64,000 nt of DNA from Octopus vulgaris (GCA_951406725.2 OX597826.1:73036001-73100000); one strand, 5' to 3'; counted from the first letter of the stretch, positions 14,179 to 27,422 are shown. The notes: a model not told the origin generated them from the sequence alone. A program made the numbers and translations.

Positions 14179-14211
<33 letters not shown>

Positions 14212-14214
14212 ATG

Positions 14215-14245
<31 letters not shown>

Positions 14246-14430
14246 GTATGTATGTATGTGTACGACGAGCGTTTTCCAGTTTCCGTCTACCAAATCTACT
14301 CACAAGGCTTAGTTGGCCTGGTGCTTTAGTATAAGGCACTTGCACTATAGTATTTTGACAAAGTGCTACGCAGTGGGATTGAACCAGTAACTATGTGGCT
14401 AGGAAGCAAACTTCTTTCCACACAGTCATG
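13460..14430 (-). mobile_element. tRNA-derived SINE family B with hugely expanded internal (TG/TACA)n tract
   Basis: The head (14270-14430) and tail (13460-13660) match the copies at 28121 and 34081 in reverse orientation. Confidence 0.7.
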
Positions 14431-14507
14431 CATTTTCCATTTTTATGCCTGTATGTATGCATGTATGTATAATGTATATATATGCATACATATACATATA
14501 TACGTAC

Positions 14508-14547
<40 letters not shown>

Positions 14548-14550
<3 letters not shown>

Positions 14551-14788
14551 CAATGATAAATCTTATAAACAGTAGCGGTAACACATCGTGACGCATATTT
14601 GCCATTTGAATTTGGCTAACCCTTAAGGGTGGATGCTACTGTAGTTTGTAGCCCCAGTATCTCAGTATCTGAGAGGGCACAGATAGTGTGTCTATAGCCA
14701 GCTGGAGGAGATATCTTCCTGGGGCTACAAACTACAGTAGCATCCACCCTTAGGGGTTAGCCATATTCAAATGGCAAATATGCGTCAC
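14548..14788. mobile_element. Fold-back (inverted) fragments of the 353-bp retrozyme-like family
   Basis: 14588-14658 is the reverse complement of 14717-14788, and both match 12220-12290. Flanked by (TA)n. Confidence 0.8.
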
Positions 14789-15130
14789 TATATATATATA
14801 TATATGTATACTACATGTCCAGGGCAGGCGTGGCTGTTCAATGTTACAACCCCAGGCGGATCTTTCGCCAGCTAGTTATGGGTGCAAGCTGCACATATAA
14901 CCAGCTGGTTATTGCAAGTAGGGGAACGAACCCCTGCCTCTCCCTAGAGGTTTTGAGCTAGTTTGCTCATCCTCAGTTACGAACACCTGACCATTAGAGA
15001 GATAAATATACATACATATTTATATATATATATATATATATATACATATATCTATAATGTGACCACGTGTGTATCGTTGGCGATTCTTTTTCCTCCGCCT
15101 TCCATTCCTTGGATCTTTCCTTTTCCTATG

Positions 15131-15163
15131 TTTCTGACGAAGTGCTCCGCTCGAAACGTTAAA
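15131..15163 (+). ncRNA. Minimal hammerhead motif in a ~200-bp PLE-like fragment (15057-15256)
   Basis: uuu-CUGACGA-a-gugc-ucc-gcuc-GAAA-cg-UU-aaa. Stem III is the palindrome acgu, and stem II has one mismatch. Confidence 0.6.
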
Positions 15164-15252
15164 TCCTCCTTCTTTCTTTCCTTTCTTGAGCGTCCAATAA
15201 CACTATACTTGTTCCATGTCCTCGCGTAGTTGTGTTTTCATGTATGGATTAG

Positions 15253-15340
<88 letters not shown>

Positions 15341-15379
15341 CATCATATACATATATACACATACATATATATGTATATA

Positions 15380-15501
<122 letters not shown>

Positions 15502-15621
15502 TATATATATATATATATATATAACGGGAAGCTTTATGAAAATAGACAAAAGACGAAGGCAGGTGGAGTACAAACAAACAAATGTATTAGTATGGCGCTC
15601 AGGAAATATAAATAAAACAAG

Positions 15622-15659
15622 TCTTTAACGTTTCGAGCCTACGCTCTTCAACAGAAAGA
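15622..15659 (-). ncRNA. Minimal hammerhead variant (CUGUUGA core) in a PLE-like fragment (15522-15718)
   Basis: ucuuu-CUGUUGA-a-gagc-guag-gcuc-GAAA-cg-UU-aaaga. Stem I is 5 bp and stem II is 4 bp. Confidence 0.55.
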
Positions 15660-15763
15660 TACACAGAGAGAAAAAAAACACAGAAAGAAGGAGAGAAAAA
15701 AATGCGTGCAGTAACTACATATATGTATATATATATGTATATATATATATGTATGTATGTATG

Positions 15764-15827
<64 letters not shown>

Positions 15828-17132
15828 CATACACACAAACTTTCCAACATTCAAGGAAATCAGATACTTAAATATTAAAGCACCAAGTTCCGGTCGATGT
15901 AAACAATAATTCAGGACAAATAGTAAAGTAAATTCGGATTTGTACACCGGTTGTGCATACATTCACAGATGGCTGACTGAATACACAATGAGTCATCAAG
16001 GTCACACACAGGTATATATACTCGCTTCACCAACTCTATCAACTCTAAACTCAAAAACAAATTGCAGGTTCTATAAACTTATGTTTGCATACATGCATAT
16101 ATACTTATGCGCAGACACTAAGTATCAAGCTGTCACAAGCAGACGTGGTGACGGTGTGTCACTTCTCACAATACCACACTAGAAAATTTGTCAATGAAAT
16201 TTTTATTGAGTTTGTGACGGACGCATGGAATACATTTTCGTTTCCAGGCCAACGAAACCAAATCACTAGTTTTATCCCTAGCTAGATAATGCTATTGTTT
16301 TTTTTTAGTTAAGAACAAAAAGACCGCAAGTTTTAACAGCTAGAACAATGGCTGGTTAATGTTTCCGCCGCTAGATCTTTGATACCACCAGCATAGACTC
16401 ACCTGAAATAGCAAAACTATAGATTAGATTACCTAGTCACTGTTCTCACATAGATAGTACAATATAGCTCTTTGTATAGCTGATTAATGTTCCTATATAT
16501 ACAAGCCATTTCAGCCTTACCACACAGAGATCGACATGCGATTGACGAAGTCACGTCGCAGCTATGTCACACAAACAGAGATCGACACTAAATGCTCTAA
16601 AACACATTTTGTCTTTGCCACTGCACACATGCAAAATCAGTGGTCAACTACATCCTTCTTTTACCACCAAGAACTACTGCTAGCTGTTATTTTCTACAAC
16701 AGAGTGTTTTCAAGTGGGACAATTAGTCCTGCCACGATAATATCAATTTGTCTGCTTCCTCTATTAAACAATTTCAACCCAGCGATGTCTTAGTTAACCA
16801 AATTGGAGAGTTATAAACAGAAGGTGGTGATGTAGTGCATTTCTATATAATTGTCTGAATACTTTACAGATTGCAAACGTAGATTGTCCTTACATCCATT
16901 TCTCCATCTCATTCTTCCACTCAGACGACTATACATTTTATAAATAAAGTTTTGAAAGAATAAATATATTTTAATTGGATTTATGTAGTGTTGTAATGTT
17001 TATTCGACAATATCACTTAACATCAATCAACTTCACCACTACATGTTGATAGTTGAAACATTAGAAAATCTGCAAGCTCATTTGTGTGTATGTGTGAGTG
17101 AGTGTGCACGCGTGTTTTATGTATATGTGTGT

Positions 17133-17185
<53 letters not shown>

Positions 17186-17209
17186 TGTGTACATATAGCC
17201 ATATGTGTC

Positions 17210-17588
17210 GTGGCACTCCGTCGGTTGCGACGACGAGGGTTCCAGTTGATCCGATCAATGGAAAAGCCTGCTTGTGAAATTAAAGTGCAAGTGGCTGAGC
17301 ACTCCACAGACCCGTGTACCCTTAACGTAGTTTTCGGCGAGATTCAGCGTGACACAGAGTGTGACAGGCTGGCCCTTTGAAATACAGGTACAACAGAAAC
17401 GGGAAGAAAGAATGAGAGAAAGTTGTGGTGAAATATAACAACAGGGTTCACCACCACCCTCTGCCGGAGCCTCGTGGAGCTTTAGGAGTTTTCGCTCATT
17501 AAGCACTCACAACGCCTGGTCTGAGAATCGAAACCGCGATCCTACGATCGCGAGTCCGCTGCCCTAACCACTGAATCATTGCGCCTCC
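17210..17588 (-). mobile_element. tRNA-derived SINE family A
   Basis: Reverse complement of the 22537-22924 copy, with a tRNA-like head carrying A/B boxes. Confidence 0.85.
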
Positions 17589-18085
17589 TCAATATGTGTA
17601 AACACACAGAAACTCATGCACTCACTCACGAAATACGAAATACAGATATGAATATACACACATGCGAATGTATATAGAGACGTAAAGAGACAAACGGTTA
17701 GCGGTGTTAAGGTAGAGACGAGACTTCCCCCCATCCCTCCCACTCCATTTATCTTTCATTTGGTAAACCAGAATTCCTGTTATGCCTCCCCTCTCTTGAG
17801 AGACAAGCACTGAAAGATTGATAAGGTTTCACAACTCGCGAATGGTGATTCCATTTCACTGACAAGAAAAGCTGTCAGCGAACTACCGTGGGAATTTTTA
17901 GCGATTCATGCTAGTGTCGGTGGGTGTAGGGACTTCGTGATGAGAGTGATGGTGGTGTTGGTAATGGCTGTGGAAGGGTGAATAACAGTGGTTATGATAG
18001 TTGTAGTGGTACTGTTGCTGTCGTTGCTGCTGCTGCTGCTGGTTATGGTGGCGGGGCCAAATTAAGACCTCTAGTGATTGAGTAC

Positions 18086-18118
<33 letters not shown>

Positions 18119-18268
18119 CAGCTAAACGAGTTCAGTATGCGGCAAAGTAATTTCTTTTACTAAGCCCTTTTATATAATGTAATAATTTGAATTCGCCTTA
18201 AATGGTCCCTTTGCATACTGAATACTTGGTGAAATTGATTAATTAATTAATTTTACCCTCAATTGTTG

Positions 18269-18299
<31 letters not shown>

Positions 18300-18328
18300 G
18301 AGGATTCGTCGAGGAAGCGGAGGCCTAC

Positions 18329-18374
18329 CACACGCCGACGATAGGCAATACACCTTGAAACCATGGTCCGTGTG
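18329..18374 (+). ncRNA. Type-I hammerhead motif (U4C core variant), copy 1
   Basis: cacacg-CCGACGA-uagg-caauaca-ccuu-GAAA-ccaugg-UC-cgugug. Stem I is 6 bp, stem III is the palindrome accauggu, and the cleavage triplet is GUC. Confidence 0.7.
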
Positions 18375-18688
18375 TGGTTTCCGCTTCATCGGGGAATTAC
18401 CTCCCTTTGCAGGTTAAGGACACCGTGACGGTGTCGGGCCTTTCTGTTGACGTCGATGTTCGCCTGGGGCTAAATGCAACAGTAACACCCCCACCACCCT
18501 GCCCTGTCCCTAGCCATATTCAGATGGCTTTAGTCCCTTATGTTATCGAGCAGTTACTGTCTATATCTCTTTTAGAGAATTATTATTGCTTTCGAACAGA
18601 TTTTCGAAATCAGCAAATGTATTTTGCTTGAAAATCTATATATGAATATCCTGCAGAGTGAGGATTCGTCGAGGAAGCGGAGGCCTAC

Positions 18689-18734
18689 CACACGCCGACG
18701 ATAGGCAATACACCTTGAAACCATGGTCCGTGTG
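18689..18734 (+). ncRNA. Type-I hammerhead motif (U4C core variant), copy 2
   Basis: Identical to 18329-18374, 360 nt downstream. Confidence 0.7.
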
Positions 18735-18902
18735 TGGTTTCCGCTTCATCGGGGAATTACCTCCCTTTGCAGGTTAAGGACACCGTGACGGTGTCGGGCC
18801 TTTCTGTTGACGTCGATGTTCGCCTGGGGCTAAATGCAACAGTAACACCCCCACCACCCTGCCCTGTCCCTAGCCATATTCAGATGGCTTTAGTCCCTTA
18901 TG

Positions 18903-18951
<49 letters not shown>

Positions 18952-19085
18952 CAATTGAGGATAAAATCTTTAAAAATCTTTAAAAGAAATTATCAGTAGT
19001 CAGCGTGAAAAGCCTCGTAAGAGAAAAAAATCCGTAAATTCTTCCTCTTTGAAAATATTCATTTATATTAATATAATATAATATA

Positions 19086-19143
<58 letters not shown>

Positions 19144-19309
19144 TTATTTTAAAATTATAAGTATATGAAACATACAAATTTCCGCACGAAGACACGTAGT
19201 CTATGCCTTAGGGACGTAGCTTCAACCGTGTTCTTTCTGATGTGAATTTGCTACCCAGGTATCGGTTATCTTTCGAATTATCCTTAATAAGATAATTCAT
19301 TCAATTACT

Positions 19310-19353
<44 letters not shown>

Positions 19354-19373
19354 ATTCAAAATATAAGTAATAA

Positions 19374-21758
19374 CACAAGGCAGCATTTTTTTTTGTCTGG
19401 GGCCTGGACGGTTTCAACGAATTCCTAAGTGATTTTTGCCTACTAAATTCAAATATAACTTCAGTTTTTCTCTACCAGGTCTATTTTTCGGACTAGACCT
19501 GACAGAGTAAGTATTTTATTAATACAAGAGGCATATAATATGAATCAATAAAGAGAGCGTAACACAAAACAAAGTGCAAATAAAAATTCAAAATTGAAAA
19601 TGTACTTCGGCAAAGATTTTTGGAAGAAAATTCAAGGAATAAATTTACGCTTCTTTGTGCACCGTGAATGCTGAGCAACAGGAGTATCTGGTTTTAGACA
19701 CCAGCAATAGTCTGTAATCACCACAGCGTCCCAACGCTTGATGTCCTTCATGTCCTGATGGAATCGTTCGCCTTGTTCATCACTAACATCGAGATTTTCA
19801 GGAAAACGATCAAGATGACTAAAAAGATAATGCATTTGGATGCTCATATTCGCACCAATATCACGAAAAGTTAATATCAAGCTGGTAACAAGGTCTTTAT
19901 AGTTTTCATTTTTGTGCTTCCCAAGGAAATTTTGCACTACTTCTACAAAGGCTAGCCGAGCTGATGCTTCGTTTTCGCTCATCGTTTTTACGAAATTTGT
20001 GTCCTTCAAGAGCTTTCGGATCTGTGGTCCATCAAAAATCACTGCTTTAAGCTTTTCAGTCATCAAGTCCGGAAATACACTGCAGATATACTTGAAGCAC
20101 TCGCTATTTTTGTCGAGAGCTCTGTCGAATTGCTTGATCAATCCCAGTCTGATGTGCAAAAGGGTGAAAATGATCTTATTTCGCTCAACTAAAGGTTCTT
20201 CCAATATAATGGCAGCTCTACATGGAGCCATATTTGTCCGAGGCGGCCAGTCTTTCTTAACATAGTGGTTTACTCAGTCTCTACTGTCCCACATGCAAAG
20301 AAAGCATGGGTGTTGGGTATAACCAGATTGCTGTCCCATGAGAAAATTCACCATCTTTAAGTCAACGCAGATGACCCATTTATGATCATGATACACTATC
20401 TTCTCTAAAACCAACTTAATTTCTTCATATTTTTCCTTCAGAATTGTCGAGTGGCCGAGTGGGACAGAGCCATACACATTGTGCAACAATACACAATTTA
20501 AACTGTACTAAGAGCTGTCTATGAAGTGACGCCATTCCTCTGGTTTGTATTCTTCAATGCCAAGTTTATTAAGAAGTGCACTGACTTCCCTGCAGTAAAC
20601 CAGCTCTTCCTCTTTTGTGAAGAAAGAAAAGATCTCTTCATGTTGACTCCGATAAATGGTGATACGGACACCATTTTCCAGAAGATTTTTCTCTTTCAGT
20701 CGGGAAACCAACAGTTCTGCAGAATTTTTGGGGAGGTTCAAGTCACAAACTAGATCATTTAGCTCTATCTGGGAGAATAGCGGAGGTAAAGTCTCTACTG
20801 AAAAGTCTTGATCTCTAGTGTCATCTTCAGGTGATGAAACTTCTTTGGTTGAGGGTAAAGTTATCTGAAGACAGGAACAGGAAGCTCTTCACTGTGTGGA
20901 ACTGGTCTAATGACTGAGGCAAGATTAGGACAGAGAATCGTTTGTCGATTTTTCTGGTTAATACCCGTCAAATTTGAGTTACAAAAATAGCAGTCCTCTA
21001 CGTGATTATAACGCTCCCGTCATACCATTGGTATAGCAAACCTCATACTTTTCCTTGCTCCTTTAGTCGATTGTCATAGATGTTCTGTACATTGTTTGCA
21101 GGCTCTATGCGGTGCTCAATATTTATCTTGGTCCCCAGCTTGACCCCAAAATATGCCATATTCGCTCTTTCAATAAAATCAGTGATGTCTTTACGATCTT
21201 CAGATAATGTGTATTCTCCACAAACAGAACAAAACACATTTGGAGAATTAACGCAACACTTTCTTGAAGAAGACCTCTTGTTCGTTTTCTACTGCGTAGT
21301 TCACCACAACATCTAAAAAATATGAAAAAAGGAAAAAAAAACTTGGAATTAGAATAAGGTAACGAACACTGCATACTGGACGTACAAACATACGTAGTGA
21401 CTACAGCAGTGGTTTTCAACCAGGGTTCCGCGGAACCTTAGGGTTCCGCCAGTACAGTCCAGGGGTTCCGCAAGAAGTTACAAAACTGCTAAAATCGGCA
21501 GTAATTTTTAATTTTCCTGTGCAGATATGTGTGCATAAAACTATTAAATTATTGCACAGGGGTTCCCCGAGCCAGTGGAATGTTTCCTTGGGGTTCCGCT
21601 CCAACAAAAAGTTTGAAAAGCACTGGACTACAGGGATGTTTAATAACTTAAAAACTAGATCTAATTGGTCAAAAAGCTGGCGATATTTGGATTCAGGAGA
21701 CGAGTTGGTACAGGAAAGATGTCTACTTCCTAAACGCCAAAAACCTTTGAGACCAGTG
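19374..21758 (-). mobile_element. Chapaev3-like (CMC superfamily) DNA transposon with pseudogenised transposase
   Basis: Fragmented ORFs 21237->19632 contain FCSVCGEY, IPMV..DCYFC, WVICVDLKMVNFLMGQQSGYT..PCFLCMWDSRD, LHIRLGLIKQF, FDGPQIRKLL, MHYLFSHLD and SDEQGERFHQD. Termini are CAC...GTG with similar subterminal sequences. The family name is from recalled motif similarity. Confidence 0.75.
21407..21625. mobile_element. hAT-type MITE nested in the Chapaev-like element
   Basis: TIRs cagtggttttcaac / gtttgaaaagcactg. Perfect 8-bp TSD gactacag at 21399-21406 and 21626-21633. Internal gggttccgc repeats. Confidence 0.9.
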
Positions 21759-21827
<69 letters not shown>

Positions 21828-21836
21828 GTCTATCTG

Positions 21837-21978
<142 letters not shown>

Positions 21979-22536
21979 ACTGAGAATGCGTGTCTGTCAC
22001 TCTATCTGTCTGTATGTGTGAACCCCTAAAACTCGAGAAGTACCGAACTGATTTCATTCAAATTTTACCCATGAATTTCTTAGGGCCCATGGGGTGTCAT
22101 GGACCAAAACAATTTTTCAACTTCTTACCTAATGCGGGCCCGTAGAAATCTTTTAGACTGGTTCGGTTTTATGTATCAAAAGTGGAAAAATAAGATCTAT
22201 ATATAGATATGATGTAATATTGTTTCACTTTTATTCTTTCACTTTTAATTCTAATGTAATAAGACCAAGATCGTCATATTTCTATTATATTTGAAATAAA
22301 TGACTAATTTATATCCTAATGGGAATAACATTACAAATCGACTACTTTCCGTCCTTACAGCCACGACAGCGGATTGGTGTGTCTGTATATGTGTGTGTGT
22401 TGACTATTTGTTTTGGTATCAGGATTAAGTAATAAACATAAAATTCTGTCAGCTTTTTTAAAAAAATTTGCTTAATTTCATTGAAACAGTTAATTCTAGA
22501 ACACTATGTATGGTGTAGCGTTGTTAGTTGTTGCGT

Positions 22537-22924
22537 GGAGGCGCAATGGCCCAGTAGTTAGGGCAGCGGACTCGCGGTCATAGGATCGCGGTTTCGATTC
22601 CCAGACCGGGCGTTGTGAGTGTTTATTGAGCGAAAACACCTAAAAGCTCCACGAGGCTCCGGCAGGGGATGGTAGTGATCCCTGCTGTACTCTTTCACCA
22701 CAACTTTCTCTCACTCTTACTTCCTGTTTCTGTTGTACCTGTATTTCAAGGGGCTGGCCTTGTCACTCTCCGTGTCACGCTGAATATCCCCGAGAACTAC
22801 GTTATGGGTACACGTGTCTGTGGAGTGCTCAGCCACTTACACGTTAATTTCACGAGCAGGCTGTTCCGTTGATTCGGATCAACCGGAACCCTCATCGTCG
22901 TAACCGACGGAGTGCTTCCATACA
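22537..22924 (+). mobile_element. tRNA-derived SINE family A, full length
   Basis: The head ggaggcgcaatggcccagtagttagggc..ggtttcgattccc carries A/B boxes. 15-bp TSD tgttagttgttgcgt at 22522-22536 and 22925-22939. Confidence 0.9.
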
Positions 22925-23224
22925 TGTTAGTTGTTGCGTTGCTCAAGTAAATATTAAAATCAGAGGTCTTTTCGCTGTAAACATCCAATCTTTCTGTTAA
23001 GCATATTGTATCAAAGAGTATATTTTCCAAAATGCATTTCTCCTTTATAGGCGTGGCTCTGTGGTTGAGAAGCTTACTTTCCAACCATACCGCTTTGGGT
23101 TCAGTCCCACTGTGCGGCACGTTGGGCAGCTCTCTTTCATTACAGCTCCGTGCCGACCAAAGCCTTATGTATTATATAATTCTTTCTACTACAGGCACAA
23201 GGCCTGGATTTTTTGTGGGGAGGG

Positions 23225-23580
23225 GGACAGTCGATCATATCAATCCCAGCACCCAACTGGTACTTATTTAATCGACCCCGAAAGGATGAAAGGCAAAGTC
23301 GACCTCAGCAGAATTTGAACTCAGAACGTAGCGGCAGACGAAATACCTATTTCTTTACTACCCACAAGGAGCTACACACAGAGGGGACAAATAAGGCAGA
23401 CAAACGGATTAAGTCGATTATATCGACCCCAGTGCGTAACTGGTACTTAATTTATCGACCCCGAAAGGATGAAAGGCAAAGTGGACCTCGGGCGGAGTTT
23501 GAACTCAGAACGTAGCGGCAGACGAAATACGGCTACGCATTTCGCCCGTCGCGCTAACGTTTCTGCCAGCTCGTCGCCTT
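23225..23580 (-). mobile_element. tRNA-like SINE family C, head + tandem body
   Basis: Matches 45004-45238 in reverse. The body is repeated with a 184-bp period (junction 23346/23347). Confidence 0.85.
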
Positions 23581-24195
23581 TGTGTGCTATATAATTACTG
23601 AAGCGATATAAAATAACACATACAACTTACTTATTATTGTCATGTGATAAACAAACAGGAGTTCGTGCCTGAAATTGACCTATTTTCTACTTCAATTTAT
23701 ACATGTTTTTCTTTTATAAAACACACACATACAGGAGGAGTAAATTATATATATAACACTTTGAATGTGGCTCCAGAGAAAGAGTAAAATTAATTACCCG
23801 ATTAATGACGAGTATTACTTCTAGTAAACCATGAAATAAATTTTTATTTTTCAAAATGAAATAAAACTAACGGTAAGATGGAAAATAGTGTTTTTAGTTT
23901 TGTGTACTTCTACTCTGAGTTCGGAGTGGAAGTTGACAAGTTTTCTTCCACTATTTTTAATTGCAAAGTCTTCGATCAGATCCTCATCATTAACTTTAAG
24001 TAACAGGAGTGCTTCTATATTTACTACAGAGATAAGACTTCTCGAATGTTAGTTTAGCAAGTTTAAAGTGATTTCTTTTGCACCGTAAACCATTTACTAT
24101 CTCTGTGGTGTGACATCCACCCTCCACCACCACCACTTCCCTGATGCCCTCAACAGGTGCTTATTTTGCTTAATAGTTATTCCAGGTCTGGGTGG

Positions 24196-24450
24196 AAAGT
24201 GATGGCAGCGGCGGCGGTGGCGGCGGCGCTAGAGGCAGCGGTGGTGGCGGTGGCGGCGACGGTGGCGGCAGCGGTGGCGGCGGAGCGGCAATGGCGGCAG
24301 CGGCGGTAGCGACGCCAGCGACGGGAGCGACGGTAGCAGCAACAGCGGCGCAGCGGTGGCGGCAGCGGCGGCGCAGCGGTGGAGCAGCGGTGTCGCAGCG
24401 GTGGCGGCAGCGAGGGCGCAGCGGTGGTGGTGGTGCTGGTGCTGGTGTCG
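24196..24450. repeat. GC-rich degenerate (GGC/GGT/AGC)n low-complexity tract
   Basis: Direct reading. Confidence 0.8.
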
Positions 24451-24626
24451 GTACGTTGCAGTGCTTCGATGAGTGCGGAACCACCTCTTAGCCAATGTTC
24501 CTCGCTTCTACCCTGAACAGTGGCTCTTGTCAGGGTGCCAACTGCGGGTTGATTAGCATAGCAAATAGCAACACTGGCTTAGACCACCACGTCAACCATG
24601 ACCACTCCCCCTTACTGCTTTAACCC

Positions 24627-24837
24627 AGGCGCAGGCATAGCTGTGTGGTAAAACGTTTACTGCCCAACCACACAGTTCTGGGTTCAGTCCCACTGAAGAT
24701 AGCCTCGGACCGACCAAAGCCTTATGAGGGGATTTGGTAGACGGAAGCGGGAAAAAGCCCAGTTGTGTGTCTGTGTGTGTGTGTATGTATGTGTGTGCGT
24801 GTCTGCCAGCGTGCGAATGTGCTTTGCATGTATGTGC

Positions 24838-24884
<47 letters not shown>

Positions 24885-25045
24885 CATGCATGTGTGTGCG
24901 TGCCTGTGTGTGTGTGTGTGTGTGTCATTGTGTCTGTTTTTGTCCGTCACCACCGCTTTACAACTGGTATTGGTGTGTTTATGTCCCCGTAACCTAGCGG
25001 TTCGGCAAAAGACACCGATAAAATAAGTACCAAGTTTTACCAAAA
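24627..25045 (+). mobile_element. SINE family B, partly deleted
   Basis: Head ggcgcaggcatagctgtgtggtaa..gggttcagtcccactg, internal (TG)n, and a partial tail. Confidence 0.75.
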
Positions 25046-25850
25046 AAAAAAATGTAATTAATTCAAGGTGGTTAACGCAACATGTATGTATGTTTCAGGT
25101 GAAATATGAAGTTGCAAGACGCAAACGAAACTTTTAGAACAATAAAAATAAGAAAAACGTGGAAATTTTACCGGTGAGTGTGTTACATATTAAGGCACAA
25201 AAAGAAAATGACTCTCCCCAGACACAAAAGAATATGAAGTTTGAGGTTTTCCTGTGAGATGTGAGGTATTTGGATGAAATCTGTGATCGGAGATGCAGAG
25301 TGTTTGGTGTGAAGTGCGTCAAATTTGGGATAAGCTGTTAAATATTTTTGATGTTAGATCTGAGATATCCGCGGTAAGATGACATGGCATCAGTTGGGAA
25401 GTAAGAGATGCGTCATGTTCTCTTCTTCCTTTTCAATCCTTGTTTGTGTAGTGGTAGGGATAGGCTTGGATGCACCAGTTTTCTGTGCAACACAACTCAA
25501 AAAATCAACGGCAAACGATAGAGTTTTATGAAAACATTATTAATCAAGGTTTGGTGGAAATAGTTTGAGATTATAATTGGGGTAACCTGGAAAGTTTAAA
25601 CATGATAATTCAACCCTTAAGTTGCTTAGTTAAGGAAGGCAGAGAGATAAAAGGGAAGGGCGGAAAGGGATATGAACGAATTCTTATCGTTATTTAACAA
25701 TTATTTGGAGTCCGAAGCCCACAGACACAAATCATTAGACTGATGAACATCCGGCATTTGTTTTGATATGTAATGGTGGAAATCAGTCATTAGACCGTTT
25801 AGAGACAACTAGTATAATTAGCAACATTAATTAATCAATTACACATACAT

Positions 25851-26217
25851 AGCCGCAGGAGTGGCTGCGTGGTAAGAAGATTGTTTCCCAACCACATGTT
25901 TCTGGGTTCAGTCCCACTGAGTGGCACCTTGGGCAAGTGTATTTTTCTATAGCATCGGGATGACAAAAGCCTTGTGAGTGGATTTGAAACTGAATGAAGC
26001 CCGTCATATGTGTGTGTGTGTGTGTGTGTGACTATCATTTGACAACTGATGCTGGTGTGTTTACGTCCCTGTAACTTAGCGGCTCGGTAAAAGAGATCGA
26101 AAGAACAGCTACTAGGCTTGCAAAGAATAAGTCCTAGGGTCGATTTGTTCGACTAAAGGCGGTGCTCCAGTTTGGCCGCAGTCAAATGACTGAAACAAAT
26201 AAAAGAATAAAAGAATA
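25851..26217 (+). mobile_element. SINE family B
   Basis: tRNA head, CORE-like caccttgggcaagt, (TG)n, and a tail ending tgactgaaac..(aaaagaat)n. Confidence 0.85.
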
Positions 26218-26320
26218 TATGCACCCATTCACAGATTCATAAATACACCGTACACTCACGTAGAAAGATGTATGCTAAACATACATACATACATACATAC
26301 ATACATGCATACATGCATGC

Positions 26321-26364
<44 letters not shown>

Positions 26365-26629
26365 GGACATATCATACACATCATAAGCAGTTGTATGAAA
26401 ATATTTTCACTGTGTTATCTACCGATGCGATATAGCAAGGACACTGTATAACGAGATCCGTCAGAAGGATAACCTCGAGGACAAATAAATAACCCAGAGT
26501 ATGGTAGAAGCCATAGCCACTCATAATAAAGAGAGTATTGGTGGAATGTCTCAGTGAAGACCTCAATAAAATGTAAACACGTTCGTACATTCATACATTC
26601 ATGCACCCTGTCACCTAGCTTTCCTCACT

Positions 26630-26926
26630 CGAGAGTTTCTCGCCAAAGCAACATGGTATCGCTTCAGCACCCACCCTGTTCGCCAGGTTTAGCACCTGTG
26701 GACGTCCATCTCTTCACCCAGATGAAAATGCAGCTCAAAGGTCGCCGTTTTAACACCGCGAATGACAAAAGGTTCTTGGTTCGCTTACGGAAAACGACTT
26801 CCAAACTGGATTCCAAAAGTGACAGCAACGCTGGAACCGGTGTATAGTAACGCAAGGCGACTATTTCGAAAAAGATAATATCAAAACTAAGTAAATAAGT
26901 TCCGGGAACTTTTTGACACCACCTCG
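26630..26926 (+). mobile_element. mariner 3' remnant
   Basis: LQHPPCSPGLAPVDVHLFTQMKMQLKGRRF is a degenerate YSPDLAPxD. The TIR-like end is ..ctttttgacaccacctcg|ta. Confidence 0.75.
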
Positions 26927-27035
26927 TACGTACCTACATACAGATATACTTGCATATGTGCATACATAAGTACGTACGAACATTCATACATAGGAATATT
27001 CATACATATATGCATAGATACGAACATACATACAT

Positions 27036-27089
<54 letters not shown>

Positions 27090-27341
27090 GGATGAATGAA
27101 TTATCCTTTGTTTACCGTTAACATGGAAAATTCAATAAACAGTTACCAGGGTAGCAAAATTCACGCAAGTAACAAGGATGTAGCGACCTATTCAAAGGTA
27201 GAAACACCGGGTTAGTGTGCAGTAATTTGTGTAGTATAAGTAAATAAATAGAGTTGGAATAAAACCAATGTTGTCTTCGAAACATATGTCGAAAGTAAAA
27301 GAATTTGAATAGCCTCTGCGTTCGACTCCATTTATTTACTT

Positions 27342-27422
<81 letters not shown>

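Larger units (their letters stand above)
18299..18906 (+). mobile_element. Retrozyme-like element, 360-bp unit in 1.7 tandem copies with two hammerheads
   Basis: Identical 248-bp direct repeats at 18299-18546 and 18659-18906 each carry a hammerhead motif. (TA)n lies on both sides. Homologous to the 12220-12697 unit. Confidence 0.8.

Noticed and set aside
12871-14345. Long ORFs of MYVC/YIHT/YI repeats (also 15.2k, 48k, 50.5-52.5k, 56.7-58.1k, 62k)
   Set aside because: These are translations of stop-free (TACA)n, (TA)n and (TG)n microsatellites.
18374-18958. Duplicated 74-85 aa ORFs
   Set aside because: GTG-started with no recognisable motif and not conserved in the homologous 353-bp unit. 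The conservation is at the RNA-structure level.
22537-22610. tRNA-like heads as real tRNA genes
   Set aside because: They continue into SINE bodies with tails and TSDs, and lack a proper acceptor stem and terminator.
24170-24495. Gly/Ala/Pro-rich ORFs resembling a transcription-factor exon
   Set aside because: Degenerate GGC repeat open in several frames, with no domain or convincing splice context.
25735-25800. CTGATGA...GAAA hammerhead candidate (similar partial hits at ~3724, ~12780, ~27532, ~36775, ~59370)
   Set aside because: Stems I/II cannot be formed convincingly, or the GAAA/UH half is missing.
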